Assembly: GCA_037134695.1 (NCBI GenBank) | Contig: JBAXLU010000001.1 | Location: 11,551-75,550, forward strand | Origin: Candidatus Nomurabacteria bacterium | GTDB taxonomy: Bacteria; Patescibacteriota; Minisyncoccia; Phycocordibacterales; UBA5272 | DNA: 64,000 nt | Reading direction: 5' to 3' | Part shown: piece after piece, positions 29,977-40,110 of the stretch | Layout: every line of letters begins with the position of its first letter | Position numbering within the stretch: position 1 is the first letter of the stretch | The notes under the pieces: model-generated | Seen by the model: the letters and a program-made list of their open reading frames with translations, nothing else | The model's database searches: none | Told to the model about the DNA's origin: nothing | Made by a program: the position numbers and the translations under genes

Positions 29977-30611
29977 AAATTACAAAATTTGGACATTGTT
30001 GTCTTTTGATAGAGGAAAAAGAAATTCGCATATTAACTGACCCAGGAAGTTGGAACGATACACCGGATGCCAAAAATATTGATGTTATTTTAATTAGTCA
30101 TGAACATGCAGATCATATTCATATTGAAAGTCTGAAGACAATATTAAAATCAAATGAAAAAGCTGTGATTTATACCCATGAGGGAGTGAAGAAATTATTA
30201 GATAAAGAAAATATTTCTTGTGTGCTTATTGGAGATGGAGAAGAAATAAATATTAAAGGGGTAAGCATTATCAGTTTCGGTACTGACCATGCTTGTATTC
30301 ATCATGATATTTCTATTGTGCAAAATACTGGTTTTTATATTGCGAATAAGTTCTTTTATCCAGGGGATTCATTTCATAATCCAAATAAAGATATTGAGAT
30401 ATTAGCACTTCCGGTGGTTGCACCATGGATGAAAATTGAAGAAGCTATTGAATATGCAAAAGCTATAAAACCAAAAATAGTTTTTCCTGTTCATGATGGA
30501 ATGCTAAGGGAAGATAGGAGATTGTTTACTAGAATGATTCCAAAAAATTTACTTGAGAAAGATGGGATGCAATTTGTTGATCTTAAGGAAGGGGTAATGA
30601 CGGAATTTTAA
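29973..30611 (+). CDS. metallo-beta-lactamase-fold hydrolase
   Basis: 212-aa ORF with HEHADHIH (HxHxDH) motif. Confidence 0.7.
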   Translation: MKITKFGHCCLLIEEKEIRILTDPGSWNDTPDAKNIDVILISHEHADHIHIESLKTILKSNEKAVIYTHEGVKKLLDKENISCVLIGDGEEINIKGVSIISFGTDHACIHHDISIVQNTGFYIANKFFYPGDSFHNPNKDIEILALPVVAPWMKIEEAIEYAKAIKPKIVFPVHDGMLREDRRLFTRMIPKNLLEKDGMQFVDLKEGVMTEF

Positions 30612-30616
30612 AATTT

Positions 30617-30952
30617 ATGTATAAAGGTACTATTGTTGCAGAAAGTTTAAAAGATATAGAAATTCTTAATAATATAAAGGTTATAAGTCTTAAGGAGACT
30701 GATGATGAAAATGTTGCTGACAGGTGGCATATTTATTCTGTGCTTGTAACAGATGAAGAAATAGACATTTTAGAAAAACAGCTTAAAGAATCTTGGTATA
30801 CACATTTTTGGAATGAGACTAAACTTATTATTTTATTTTCTAATAAAAAATTTATTTGTGATATAAATGATAAAACATCATGGCAACCAGCAGTTGATTT
30901 CGGCCTATCTATAGGTATTCCAAAAGAGCAATTGGATTTCTTGATGGACTAA
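30617..30952 (+). CDS. hypothetical protein
   Basis: 111-aa ORF, no motif recognised. Confidence 0.3.
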   Translation: MYKGTIVAESLKDIEILNNIKVISLKETDDENVADRWHIYSVLVTDEEIDILEKQLKESWYTHFWNETKLIILFSNKKFICDINDKTSWQPAVDFGLSIGIPKEQLDFLMD

Positions 30953-30953
30953 T

Positions 30954-31604
30954 ATGAAATTAAATCATCCATATTGTGATTATGTTTCCAAATTAAATGA
31001 CGAAAATGATGTTGATAAAATTTATCACGATAATCATTATGGTGTGAGAATAGAAGATGACAATGAATTATTTGGACGTTTGATTATGGAAATAAACCAA
31101 GCGGGACTTTCTTGGAGAACTATTTTAATGAAAGAGAGTGGGTTTAGAAAAGCTTATAATAATTTTAATATTAAAAAAGTTGCAAAATATAGTGAAAAAG
31201 ATTTTCTAAGGTTAATGAATGATGAAAAAATAATTCGTAATAAATTAAAAATAAATGCAGCAATATATAATGCACAAGAAATAATAAAAATTCAAAAAGA
31301 ATTTGGAAGTTTTAGAAAATGGTTGGATATAAAGGATAAGGAGATTCAGTCTAGTATTTGTGTCATTCCCACGAAGGTGGGAATCCAGTTTCGCACTCTT
31401 GCATTTAGAATACTGGATCCCCGCATTCGCGAGGATGACAATACAAAAGATAATAGAGATGAAATTAAAAACATGTGGTTAAAACTTTTTAAAAAACATT
31501 TTAAATTTGTTGGTGGAGAAATAGTTGGAGAGTTTTTATTAAGTCTTGATATATTATCTGGCAATCACGACAAGAATTGCATAGTGAAAAAGAAAAACAA
31601 ATAA
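30954..31604 (+). CDS. tag: DNA-3-methyladenine glycosylase I with in-frame palindromic-repeat insertion
   Basis: 216-aa ORF; HDNHYGVRIEDDNELFGRLIMEINQAGLSWRTIL and KFVGGEIVGEFL match Tag; ~25 extra residues (ICVIPTKVGIQFRTLAF...) encoded by palindromic repeat copy C1 at 31360-31389. Confidence 0.75.
   Translation: MKLNHPYCDYVSKLNDENDVDKIYHDNHYGVRIEDDNELFGRLIMEINQAGLSWRTILMKESGFRKAYNNFNIKKVAKYSEKDFLRLMNDEKIIRNKLKINAAIYNAQEIIKIQKEFGSFRKWLDIKDKEIQSSICVIPTKVGIQFRTLAFRILDPRIREDDNTKDNRDEIKNMWLKLFKKHFKFVGGEIVGEFLLSLDILSGNHDKNCIVKKKNK
31360..31389. repeat. GTGTCATTCCCnCGAAGGnGGGAATCCAGT palindromic repeat, copy C1 (inside tag)
   Basis: hairpin ATTCCCAC-GAAG-GTGGGAAT; related copies at 36602-36635, 62602-62635, 62986-63016 and 63022-63055. 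Confidence 0.6.
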
Positions 31605-31831
31605 AACTTTTAGCATAAAAATTGCAGCTTTTGACCTGTATTTTGTATCGCTAAAGGCTACAAGCTACAGGCTGCTAACTACCCCAGCACTTCAACCCAC
31701 CTATAGATTTTGTAAAGATTTTTCTAGAATCGGGCATATTTTTCAAGACCTTTTATGTCCCCAGTTTTGTGGTTGCAGATAAGGTGAAGTGGGGCAATAA
31801 TAAGGTACCGGGGGACACATATTTATTTTGG

Positions 31832-31893
31832 CTAACGAGGAGCTAAATAGAAAAGTAATCTTTTATATTTAGTCCGAGTGACGACATAAAAAG
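31832..31893. repeat. left copy of 62-bp inverted repeat bracketing the nrdDG-iscSU block
   Basis: CTAACGAGGAGCTAAATAGAAAAGTAATCTTTTATATTTAGTCCGAGTGACGACATAAAAAG; reverse complement of 37699-37760 with 2 mismatches. Confidence 0.7.
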
Positions 31894-32003
31894 TTTCAAC
31901 ATGACGTAGATTGCTATACGCCATTATGAACAAAGTAGTTTCCTAAAAAATAACTCGTCAGCTTGCTGCGAGGAAACTTTATTAACGTTATTCTTGTACA
32001 ATT

Positions 32004-34169
32004 ATGCTTAAAACAATTATTAAAAGAACAGGTGAAAGAAAGGCTTTCGAAAAAAATAAAATTACTAAGGCTCTTACAAAGGCAGGTCTTGCCACAAAAG
32101 AGTTTGATGAAAATGAAGCAAATATTCTTACTGATAAAGTAATTTCTTTTTTGGAAACAAAAGCAGAAGATGGAGTTATTTTAATTGAGCAAGTACAAGA
32201 TGAAGTTGAACATGTCCTCATGACATCTCGTTTTAAGGTTACAGCAAAAGCATATATTCTCTACCGAGAGCAACATGCTGAGATGCGATCTTTTGCGACG
32301 ATGTCATCTCTTGGTTTGGTTGATAATTATTTAGGTAAATTAGATTGGCAAGTGAAAGAAAATAGTAATATGGGTTATTCACTTCAAGGGTTGAATAATT
32401 ATATTTTTTCTGAAGTTAGTAAAACATATTGGTTAAATAAAATTTACCCACAGGAAATTCGTACATCATATGAAAATGGTGATCTTCATATTCATGATTT
32501 AGGTACACTCGCTATTTATTGTGTAGGTTGGGATTTGATGGATTTATTGAAAGAAGGATTCCGTGGGGTTCCGGATAAAGTTGAATCAGGTGCACCAAAA
32601 CATTTTCGTACTGCATTAGGTCAGATTGTTAACTTTATGTATACGATGCAAGGTGAGGCTGCGGGAGCTATCGCATTTTCAAATTTTGATACACTACTCG
32701 CACCGTTTATTCGTTATGATAAATTGACTCAAAAAGAAGTTAAGCAATCAATTCAAGAATTCGTATTTAATATGAATGTACCAACACGTGTTGGTTTCCA
32801 GACACCATTTTCAAATATTACTCTTGATTTAAACCCTTCAGTTAACTTTAAAGATATGCCAATAATTATTGGTGGCAAAGAGCAATCAGAAAAGTATGGA
32901 GAATTTCAAACAGAGATGGATATGTTAAATGAAGCTTTCTTTGAGGTTATGGGAGAAGGGGATAAAGCAGGAAGAGTGTTTTCATTCCCAATTCCAACAG
33001 TGAATATTACAAAAGATTTTAACTGGGAGAATCAAAAATTAAAAGGTCTTTGGGAAATTACTGCAAAATATGGTATTCCATATTTCAGTAATTTTGTTAA
33101 TTCAAGCATGAAGCCAGAAGATACACGCTCTATGTGTTGTCGTCTTCGTCTTGATCTAGAAGAGTTGGATCGTCGTGGTGGTGGTCTTTTTGGAGCAAAT
33201 GCTCTTACTGGTTCAGTTGGTGTTGTTACAATCAATCTTCCACGTATTGCTTATCTTTCTAAATTAAAGAATAAGGATTCATTAGAAAAAGCAAAAGCTG
33301 AATTTTATGAAAGATTAGATACACAAATGGATATCGCAAAGGAAAGTTTGGAAATAAAGAGAAAGTTGCTTGAGAAATTAACTGATGCCAACCTGTATCC
33401 TTATACAAAGTTTTATCTAAGAAATATTAAAAGTGGATTTGGTGAATATTGGAAAAATCATTTTTCAACAATTGGTCTTATTGGTATGAATGAAGTAACT
33501 ATGAATCTTTTTGGTGAAAATCTTGGTTCAGTAAATGGAAGAGCTTTTGGAGGTGAAGTACTTGACCATATGCGTCATCGATTAATTAATTATCAGCAAG
33601 AGACGGGTAATCTTTACAATCTAGAAGCAACACCAGCTGAAGGTGTGACTTACAGATTCGCTGCTCGTGATAGAAAGATGTATCCAGATATTATTGTTGC
33701 TAATGAAGCAGAGTCTAAAAAAGGAGCACAACCTTTCTATACAAACTCGTCACACTTGCCGGTTAATTTCTCAAATGACATTGTTGAAACACTTGATATT
33801 CAAGATGAGCTTCAAACCAAATATACAGGGGGAACCGTTATACATCTTTTCTTAGGTGAACGTGTTGCTGATTATCGCTCTGTACCAAATTTGGTTAAGA
33901 AAATTTGTGAAAATTATAAGTTACCATATTTCACCATTACCCCAACATTTTCTGTTTGTGGAAATCATGGTTATGTTACGGGTGAGCACTTTTCTTGCCC
34001 AACTTGTAGTTCAGCATGTGAAGTTTATTCACGTGTTGTTGGATACTTGCGACCAGTGAGTCAGTGGAATGATGCAAAGCAGGCAGAATTTGATTTACGA
34101 GAAATGTATATACCGGAATGTGCGCCAGCTAATGTCGAAGCACTCGGAGTAGCACAGACCGTAAGTTAA
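32004..34169 (+). CDS. nrdD: anaerobic ribonucleoside-triphosphate reductase (class III RNR)
   Basis: 721-aa ORF; N-terminal ATP-cone, C-terminal Zn ribbon CPTC..C and glycyl-radical motif SRVVGYLRP. Confidence 0.9.
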   Translation: MLKTIIKRTGERKAFEKNKITKALTKAGLATKEFDENEANILTDKVISFLETKAEDGVILIEQVQDEVEHVLMTSRFKVTAKAYILYREQHAEMRSFATMSSLGLVDNYLGKLDWQVKENSNMGYSLQGLNNYIFSEVSKTYWLNKIYPQEIRTSYENGDLHIHDLGTLAIYCVGWDLMDLLKEGFRGVPDKVESGAPKHFRTALGQIVNFMYTMQGEAAGAIAFSNFDTLLAPFIRYDKLTQKEVKQSIQEFVFNMNVPTRVGFQTPFSNITLDLNPSVNFKDMPIIIGGKEQSEKYGEFQTEMDMLNEAFFEVMGEGDKAGRVFSFPIPTVNITKDFNWENQKLKGLWEITAKYGIPYFSNFVNSSMKPEDTRSMCCRLRLDLEELDRRGGGLFGANALTGSVGVVTINLPRIAYLSKLKNKDSLEKAKAEFYERLDTQMDIAKESLEIKRKLLEKLTDANLYPYTKFYLRNIKSGFGEYWKNHFSTIGLIGMNEVTMNLFGENLGSVNGRAFGGEVLDHMRHRLINYQQETGNLYNLEATPAEGVTYRFAARDRKMYPDIIVANEAESKKGAQPFYTNSSHLPVNFSNDIVETLDIQDELQTKYTGGTVIHLFLGERVADYRSVPNLVKKICENYKLPYFTITPTFSVCGNHGYVTGEHFSCPTCSSACEVYSRVVGYLRPVSQWNDAKQAEFDLREMYIPECAPANVEALGVAQTVS

Positions 34170-34170
34170 G

Positions 34171-34860
34171 ATGCAATTCGGAGGATTTGAAAAGTTTACC
34201 CTAATAGACTATCCAACAAAGGTAGCATGTATGGTCTATACGATAGGCTGTAATTTTCGTTGCCCATATTGTCATAATCCAGAATTAGTTGATGAGACAG
34301 TTGAGACAAAAATTGATGAAAAAGAAATATTAGATTTCTTAAAAGGAAGAACCGGAATGTTAGATGGAATTGTTATAACAGGAGGGGAACCGACCATGCA
34401 TGGGGATGATTTACTTTCATTTATGCGTGAAGTAAAGAAACTTGGTTTTCTGGTCAAGCTTGATTCTAATGGTACAGATCCTGTAGTATTAAAGCGTGCA
34501 ATTGATGAAAAGTTAGTTGATTATATTGCAATGGATATTAAGTCTCCACTTTCTAAATATACAGAAACAGTCGGCCGACCTGTAAACGTCGATAACATAA
34601 AGAAAAGTATAGAAATAATTAAAGAAAGTGGTTTACCTTATGAATTTCGTACGACTATTGTAAAGTCGATGATCACATTTGAAGATATAGAACAAATTGG
34701 CAAAGAGATAAAAGGTGCCGAAAATTATTATCTTCAAAAATTTATTCCAACAAAAACAGTTAATCCACAATTTCTAAAAAAAGTTACTTACAGTGATGAA
34801 GAATTTGCTGCCTTAAAAAATATTATGGAAAAATATGTTTCCTTCTGTGGTATTAGATAA
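34171..34860 (+). CDS. nrdG: anaerobic RNR activating enzyme (radical SAM)
   Basis: 229-aa ORF with CNFRCPYCHN radical-SAM cluster motif and ITGGEPT glycine-rich region; adjacent to nrdD. Confidence 0.85.
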   Translation: MQFGGFEKFTLIDYPTKVACMVYTIGCNFRCPYCHNPELVDETVETKIDEKEILDFLKGRTGMLDGIVITGGEPTMHGDDLLSFMREVKKLGFLVKLDSNGTDPVVLKRAIDEKLVDYIAMDIKSPLSKYTETVGRPVNVDNIKKSIEIIKESGLPYEFRTTIVKSMITFEDIEQIGKEIKGAENYYLQKFIPTKTVNPQFLKKVTYSDEEFAALKNIMEKYVSFCGIR

Positions 34861-34865
34861 TATGT

Positions 34866-36056
34866 ATGAAAACTCCAATCAAAATTTACATGGATCACGC
34901 AGCTACGACACCCACACGAGCAGATGTGCTTAATGTGATGTTACCGTATTTTAATGAGGAATATGGAAATCCTTCTTCACTTTATTTTTCTGGTAGAAAA
35001 TCTAATTCTGTAATAGAAAAATCGCGACATAATATTGCAAATATTTTAGGTGTTGAAAAGGATGAGATAATTTTTACAGCGAGTGGAACTGAGTCAGATA
35101 ATATGGCTATTTTAGGAATAGCAAGAGCAAATCGTGAATATGGTAATCATATTTTAATTTCTGCAATTGAACACAAAGCGATTATTGAATCTGCTAAGCA
35201 GTTGGAAAAAGAAGGTTTTATTGTTGAATATATTCCAGTAGATAAGTTTGGAATGATTGATATACAAGATGTTATATCTCGCATTACAGATAAAACTATT
35301 TTAATTTCTGTAATGTATGCAAATAATGAAATCGGCACAATACAACCAATCAAGGAATTGGGGGATGCCATAAAAAGCTACAAGCTACAGGCTAATGGCT
35401 ACCTGCTGTTCCATACCGATGCCTGCCAAGCGGCTGGCTGTCTATCGCTTAACATAAATGATCTCGGGGTGGATATGATGACTCTTAATGGTTCAAAAAT
35501 TTATGGTCCAAAAGGTATTGGTATTTTGTATAAAAATAAAAATGTAAAAATAGAGCCGATTATTTCAGGTGGTGGACAAGAGCGGGGACTGCGAAGTGGA
35601 ACACAAAATCTTCCAGCTATTGTAGGATTTGATTTTGCACTCACGCATGTTGAAGAAAGAAGAGAAAAAGAATCTCAGAGGCTTACAGAAATTCGTGATT
35701 ATTTTATCAAAGGATTGAGTACCTCAATTCCAGATTTGGTTTTAAACGGTCACCGAATATCTCGATTGCCAAATAATATTCATATTTCTATACCTGCTGT
35801 AGAAGGGGAATCAATGCTTTTAATGTTAGATGAGATGGGAATACAGGCTTCTACTGGTTCAGCGTGTTCTGCGTCAGATTTGCAGGTCTCACATGTGCTT
35901 TTAGCCATTAAACAAGATGTGTCACTTATGCATGGAAGCTTAAGGTTTACTATAGGTGAAAAGACAAGCAAAGAGGATTGTGATTATGTTATTTCTTCAT
36001 TAATTGATATTGTAAATAAACTAAAAAAGATTTCTCCGATAAAAAACCATGAATAA
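34866..36056 (+). CDS. iscS: cysteine desulfurase (class V aminotransferase, IscS/NifS-like)
   Basis: 396-aa ORF; PLP-lysine region LNGSKIYGPKGIGILY, active-site Cys loop STGSACSA; a 31-nt repeat copy lies in frame at 35371-35401. Confidence 0.85.
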   Translation: MKTPIKIYMDHAATTPTRADVLNVMLPYFNEEYGNPSSLYFSGRKSNSVIEKSRHNIANILGVEKDEIIFTASGTESDNMAILGIARANREYGNHILISAIEHKAIIESAKQLEKEGFIVEYIPVDKFGMIDIQDVISRITDKTILISVMYANNEIGTIQPIKELGDAIKSYKLQANGYLLFHTDACQAAGCLSLNINDLGVDMMTLNGSKIYGPKGIGILYKNKNVKIEPIISGGGQERGLRSGTQNLPAIVGFDFALTHVEERREKESQRLTEIRDYFIKGLSTSIPDLVLNGHRISRLPNNIHISIPAVEGESMLLMLDEMGIQASTGSACSASDLQVSHVLLAIKQDVSLMHGSLRFTIGEKTSKEDCDYVISSLIDIVNKLKKISPIKNHE

Positions 36057-36486
36057 AATTACTCCTACAACATGTGATGTAACAGATTGGCTCTACAGTG
36101 ATATTGTAAAAGATCATTTTTTCAATCCGAGAAATATTTTACTTGATGATAAAGATTATGTAGCTGACGGTTGTGGGGTTGCTGGTAGCCCACTTTGTGG
36201 GGACATGATGGTTGTTTGGGTAAATGTGAATAAAGAAACAAATAAAATTACAGAATGTAAGTGGCGTACATTTGGTTGTGCTTCTGCTATTGCTTCCACT
36301 TCTATGATGTCAGTTATAGCAACAGAAAATGGTGGTATGACAATTGCTACTGCTAAACGTATGACACCAGAGTCAATCATAGATAGATTGGGTGGGCTTC
36401 CTGATAGGAAATATCACTGTTCTGTTTTGGGACATGAGGCTCTACGTAAAGCAGTTGAAGACTACGAAGGAACATTACATACTTGA
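36049..36486 (+). CDS. iscU: Fe-S cluster assembly scaffold (IscU/NifU N-terminal domain)
   Basis: 145-aa ORF with the three scaffold cysteines (GSPLCGDMM; FGCASAIASTSM; HCSVLGHEAL). Confidence 0.8.
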   Translation: MNKITPTTCDVTDWLYSDIVKDHFFNPRNILLDDKDYVADGCGVAGSPLCGDMMVVWVNVNKETNKITECKWRTFGCASAIASTSMMSVIATENGGMTIATAKRMTPESIIDRLGGLPDRKYHCSVLGHEALRKAVEDYEGTLHT

Positions 36487-36590
36487 CGACCTTCTTCGTT
36501 AAAGTGAATATTTTTTCGTCACTGTACTATTAAGTACACCTCCTCAAAAATCTTCACTTTGCCTCGAATCTCATTCAAGTCTGTAAGTTC
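36487..36590. repeat. 3'-UTR repeat family E, copy after iscU
   Basis: conserved CGTCACTGTACTATTAAGTACACCTCCTC and CCTCGAATCTCATTC blocks inside an AAAGTGAA/TTCACTTT inverted repeat; relatives at 6070-6192, 42617-42735, 47095-47215, 49032-49172, 60495-60625. Confidence 0.55.
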
Positions 36591-36649
36591 CGAAGACCCA
36601 GGTGTCATTCCCGCGAAGGCGGGAATCCAGTGTTGGCATTAAATAAATC

Positions 36650-37348
36650 ATGGAAAATAACATTACATACACAATAAAAGAAGTTAAAAAAGAAACAGAA
36701 AATGTTTTTACTTTAACCTTGGCTTATGACGGCGTAATAAAAACATTTAGAGCAGGACAATATATTACAGTATTTTTCCCAGAAACTGGTCACGTTGAGG
36801 GCAAGTCATATAGTATTTCAAATATTATTTCAGCCAACTCTTTTACTATTACAGTAAAAGGCATAGGAATATTTTCAAATAAAATAATTGAATTAAAGGC
36901 AGGGGATAAATTATCTGCATCTATGCCATATGGATATTTTTATACAGAATCCGAAACGAGTCCACTTGTTTTAATTGCAGGTGGTATTGGTGTTGCTCCT
37001 TTTAAAGCAATAATAGAAGAATCAGTGTTAAAGACTCCTAATCGTAAAATAATGCTTTTTTATTCAAACAAAATGGTTGATGATATTATTTTTAAAAATG
37101 AATTAGATGAATTGGTTGAAAAATATCCAAATACTTTAAATGTAAATTATTATATTACTCAAGAAAATGTAGAAGGTGTGATGAAAAATGGACGTATTCC
37201 GGTTGCAGATATAATTGAACAATCAAAAAATCTTTCTGACCCAGAATTCTTCCTTTGTGGATCCATTGCTTTCGTTCGTGACTATTGGCGAGGATTAAAA
37301 GATGGGGGTGTACCAGAGATTTCTATTTACACAGAGGCATTTTTTTAA
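36650..37348 (+). CDS. FAD/NAD(P)-binding oxidoreductase (ferredoxin-reductase-like)
   Basis: 232-aa ORF; FAD motifs RAGQYITVFF and GKSYSISN, NAD(P) motif IAGGIGVAPFKAI. Confidence 0.6.
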   Translation: MENNITYTIKEVKKETENVFTLTLAYDGVIKTFRAGQYITVFFPETGHVEGKSYSISNIISANSFTITVKGIGIFSNKIIELKAGDKLSASMPYGYFYTESETSPLVLIAGGIGVAPFKAIIEESVLKTPNRKIMLFYSNKMVDDIIFKNELDELVEKYPNTLNVNYYITQENVEGVMKNGRIPVADIIEQSKNLSDPEFFLCGSIAFVRDYWRGLKDGGVPEISIYTEAFF

Positions 37349-37468
37349 GCTCTCTTTTATGCTAGAATAATAAAGTGGGTGGAAACATCCGCACGCAAAT
37401 TTAAGTAACAAACATAGGAGATGCCTATGGTTAAATGAAACCATATGTGAATTACAAGTTTGCACTTA

Positions 37469-37503
37469 CCCCGAGCATGAGCTCGGGGTTTCCTTTTTTT
37501 TTA
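37469..37503 (+). terminator. intrinsic terminator after the flavoreductase gene
   Basis: CCCCGAGC-ATGA-GCTCGGGG followed by TTTCCTTTTTTTTT. Confidence 0.7.
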
Positions 37504-37698
37504 TTAATTGTATTGGAATATATACTTGTATTTAAACAAACCCCATCTTTCTTTTTAAAAAGCGCATCGGAGGGCGGGTAGCCGAGATAGAGTGCCTTTT
37601 CTAGCAAGAAAAGGACACGGCTTTTTAAAATGAAAGATAAAACAAGAAAAGAAATTTGAATAAAGGTTTCTCGTAGTAATCTACGAGGCATTTAAACC

Positions 37699-37760
37699 TT
37701 TTTATGTCGTCACTCGGACTAAATATAAAAGATTACTTTTCTATTTAGGTCCTCGCTAGA
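37699..37760. repeat. right (inverted) copy of the 62-bp repeat bracketing the nrdDG-iscSU block
   Basis: reverse complement matches 31832-31893 at 60/62 positions. Confidence 0.7.
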
Positions 37761-37784
37761 CAAAATAAAATAAAGTATTAATTT

Positions 37785-39800
37785 ATGTTAGAATATAGAA
37801 CTATGAAAACAATTCCTTATACAGCAAAATATTTTACTTGGGTGAAAATGACCCCTTCACTTATGAAGAAGCAGGCTGATCTTTATATTCTTAATAAGAA
37901 AAAAGTCTATGGAGATATAAAGAAAATTCTTCCTGAGAATAGAACATTTTTAAATACACTTTATGCGTTAGAAAGATGCGATGATTCTTTTGAAAGCTTT
38001 TTCAATAAGATGGGATTGCTCTCTGAGATTTCACCAAAAAAAGAAGTTCGTGATGCTGCACACGCTGTTGCAACAGAAATGTCACAGAAACTCGTCGATA
38101 TAGAATATGATAGAGATTTATTTATTGCACTCTGTGAATACTATGAAGGAAATTTTGAATATGAGAAGAAGAAACTTCGCAAGGAAGATATAAAACTTCT
38201 TGAAGAGACACTTCGTGAATATCGTCGCATGGGATTTGACTTGCCCGAGGCCGTGCAAAAGAAATTGAAAGTTTTAATGAAAAAAGTCGGTAAATTATCT
38301 ATTGCTTTCAGACAGAATATTAATGATTATCAAGATTATATTTTGTGTACAAAAGAAGAGCTTGCTGGATTATCCGAGAGATTTATTTCTACACTTCCAA
38401 AGCACCCTAATGGTAAATATATTGTTTCACTTCAATATCCTCACATTGGTCCTTTTATGTCAGAGGCCGAGAATAGAAAAAAGCGTGAAGAGTTAGCTCT
38501 TAAAAATTTGAAAAAGGGAGGAATGAAGAATCTTAAAATTATTGAGGAGTTAGTAAAACTTCGTCAAGAAATTGCACATATTTTAGGATATAAACATCAC
38601 GCTGATTTCAGACTTGAAACTCGTATGGTAAAGACGGCTAAAACGGCTGAGGATTTTCAAAATTCGCTTTTAAAAACTCTTGCCCCACTCGCCAAAAAAG
38701 AAAGTGTGGATATAAGTGCTCATGCTAAGACGCTTGGAATTAAGAAGGTTGAACATTATGATATTGGCTATGTTTCTACAAATTTAAAAAAGAAACTTTA
38801 TGACCTTGATCCAGAAACAGTGAGAAGCTATTTTCCACTTGAACATGTAAAGCGAGAACTATTTAATCTTTGTGAAAATTTATTTGGAATTGTGATTGCA
38901 GAGTATCATATGACGCTTTGGCATAAAGATGTGAAGATGTATCAAATAAATAATGGTGACGGCACACTTATTGGATATTTTTCAATGGATTTGTTTCCAC
39001 GAGAAGGGAAGTATAGTCACGCGGCGATGTTTGATGTAGTTGTTTCTCATGAACATGGCTATGGAACCGAAGAATATGTCGCACCATATTCTAGTATGGT
39101 TTGTAATTTCCCAGCACCAAATAAAAAAGTTCCATCATTGTTATCACTTGTTGAAGTAGAAACACTTTTCCATGAATTTGGTCACCTTCTTCATATGACT
39201 CTCACTCGCGCAAGACTAGAGTCACAAGCCGGTGCGAATGTCGCGTGGGATTTCGTTGAAGCACCATCTCAGATTATGGAAAACTGGGTATGGGATAAAG
39301 AGGTTATGGAAAAATTATCGAAGCATTATGAAACAGGGAAGCGTTTACCAACTGATATGATAGACAGAATTATAAAAGGAAAGATTTTTCAAAATGCTTA
39401 CTTTTACACACGACAGCTTATTCAAGGAAAACTAGATCTTGAACTACACACTGGAAAAGTAAAAGATGCACGCACAGCCTATCGTAAGATGAATAAAATG
39501 TATTTCAATATTGACCTTCCAGAAAAGGAAACATTATTCCCAGCAGGCTTTGGTCACTTAGTTGGATATGATGCAGGATATTATTCTTATCTTTGGGCAC
39601 TTGTTTATGCATGTGATGCATTCGAATCATTTAAGACAAAAGGAAATAAAAATGTAATGACAAATACTGAAGTCGGTATGAAGTGGCGTCGCGAAGTATT
39701 AGAAAAGGGGAGTAGTGAAGATGAAATGAAACTTGTTAAAAATTTCCTAGGACGTGTACCGAATCAGAAAGCATTTTTGAAGGAAATAGGGATAAAATAG
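37785..39800 (+). CDS. M3-family zinc oligopeptidase (thimet oligopeptidase / Dcp-like)
   Basis: 671-aa ORF with HEFGHLLH (HExxH) and downstream E ligand in an M3-like context. Confidence 0.75.
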   Translation: MLEYRTMKTIPYTAKYFTWVKMTPSLMKKQADLYILNKKKVYGDIKKILPENRTFLNTLYALERCDDSFESFFNKMGLLSEISPKKEVRDAAHAVATEMSQKLVDIEYDRDLFIALCEYYEGNFEYEKKKLRKEDIKLLEETLREYRRMGFDLPEAVQKKLKVLMKKVGKLSIAFRQNINDYQDYILCTKEELAGLSERFISTLPKHPNGKYIVSLQYPHIGPFMSEAENRKKREELALKNLKKGGMKNLKIIEELVKLRQEIAHILGYKHHADFRLETRMVKTAKTAEDFQNSLLKTLAPLAKKESVDISAHAKTLGIKKVEHYDIGYVSTNLKKKLYDLDPETVRSYFPLEHVKRELFNLCENLFGIVIAEYHMTLWHKDVKMYQINNGDGTLIGYFSMDLFPREGKYSHAAMFDVVVSHEHGYGTEEYVAPYSSMVCNFPAPNKKVPSLLSLVEVETLFHEFGHLLHMTLTRARLESQAGANVAWDFVEAPSQIMENWVWDKEVMEKLSKHYETGKRLPTDMIDRIIKGKIFQNAYFYTRQLIQGKLDLELHTGKVKDARTAYRKMNKMYFNIDLPEKETLFPAGFGHLVGYDAGYYSYLWALVYACDAFESFKTKGNKNVMTNTEVGMKWRREVLEKGSSEDEMKLVKNFLGRVPNQKAFLKEIGIK

Positions 39801-40110
39801 TTTATATAAAAAGTAAAATCCCTGCAGCGCGTTGCTACAGAGATAGTGATCAGCGTTTTTCAGCTGCTTATCGGTATAATGTGACTCACAAATACATTAT
39901 GACCGGTGTGACATGTTGTCACGAAGATATTCCGAGGACTTTCATCAACTCAAGAAACATCTTAAAAACTCAAACTCAAACCATAAAATCCAAATAAAGA
40001 ACTCACTCGATATCATTTGTCATAATTGCACAAACGACGACTAACTAAAACAAAAAGAAACTAACTATCTGTCTAACAACTAACTTTCCTAGAAACTAAG
40101 TCATCCGATT

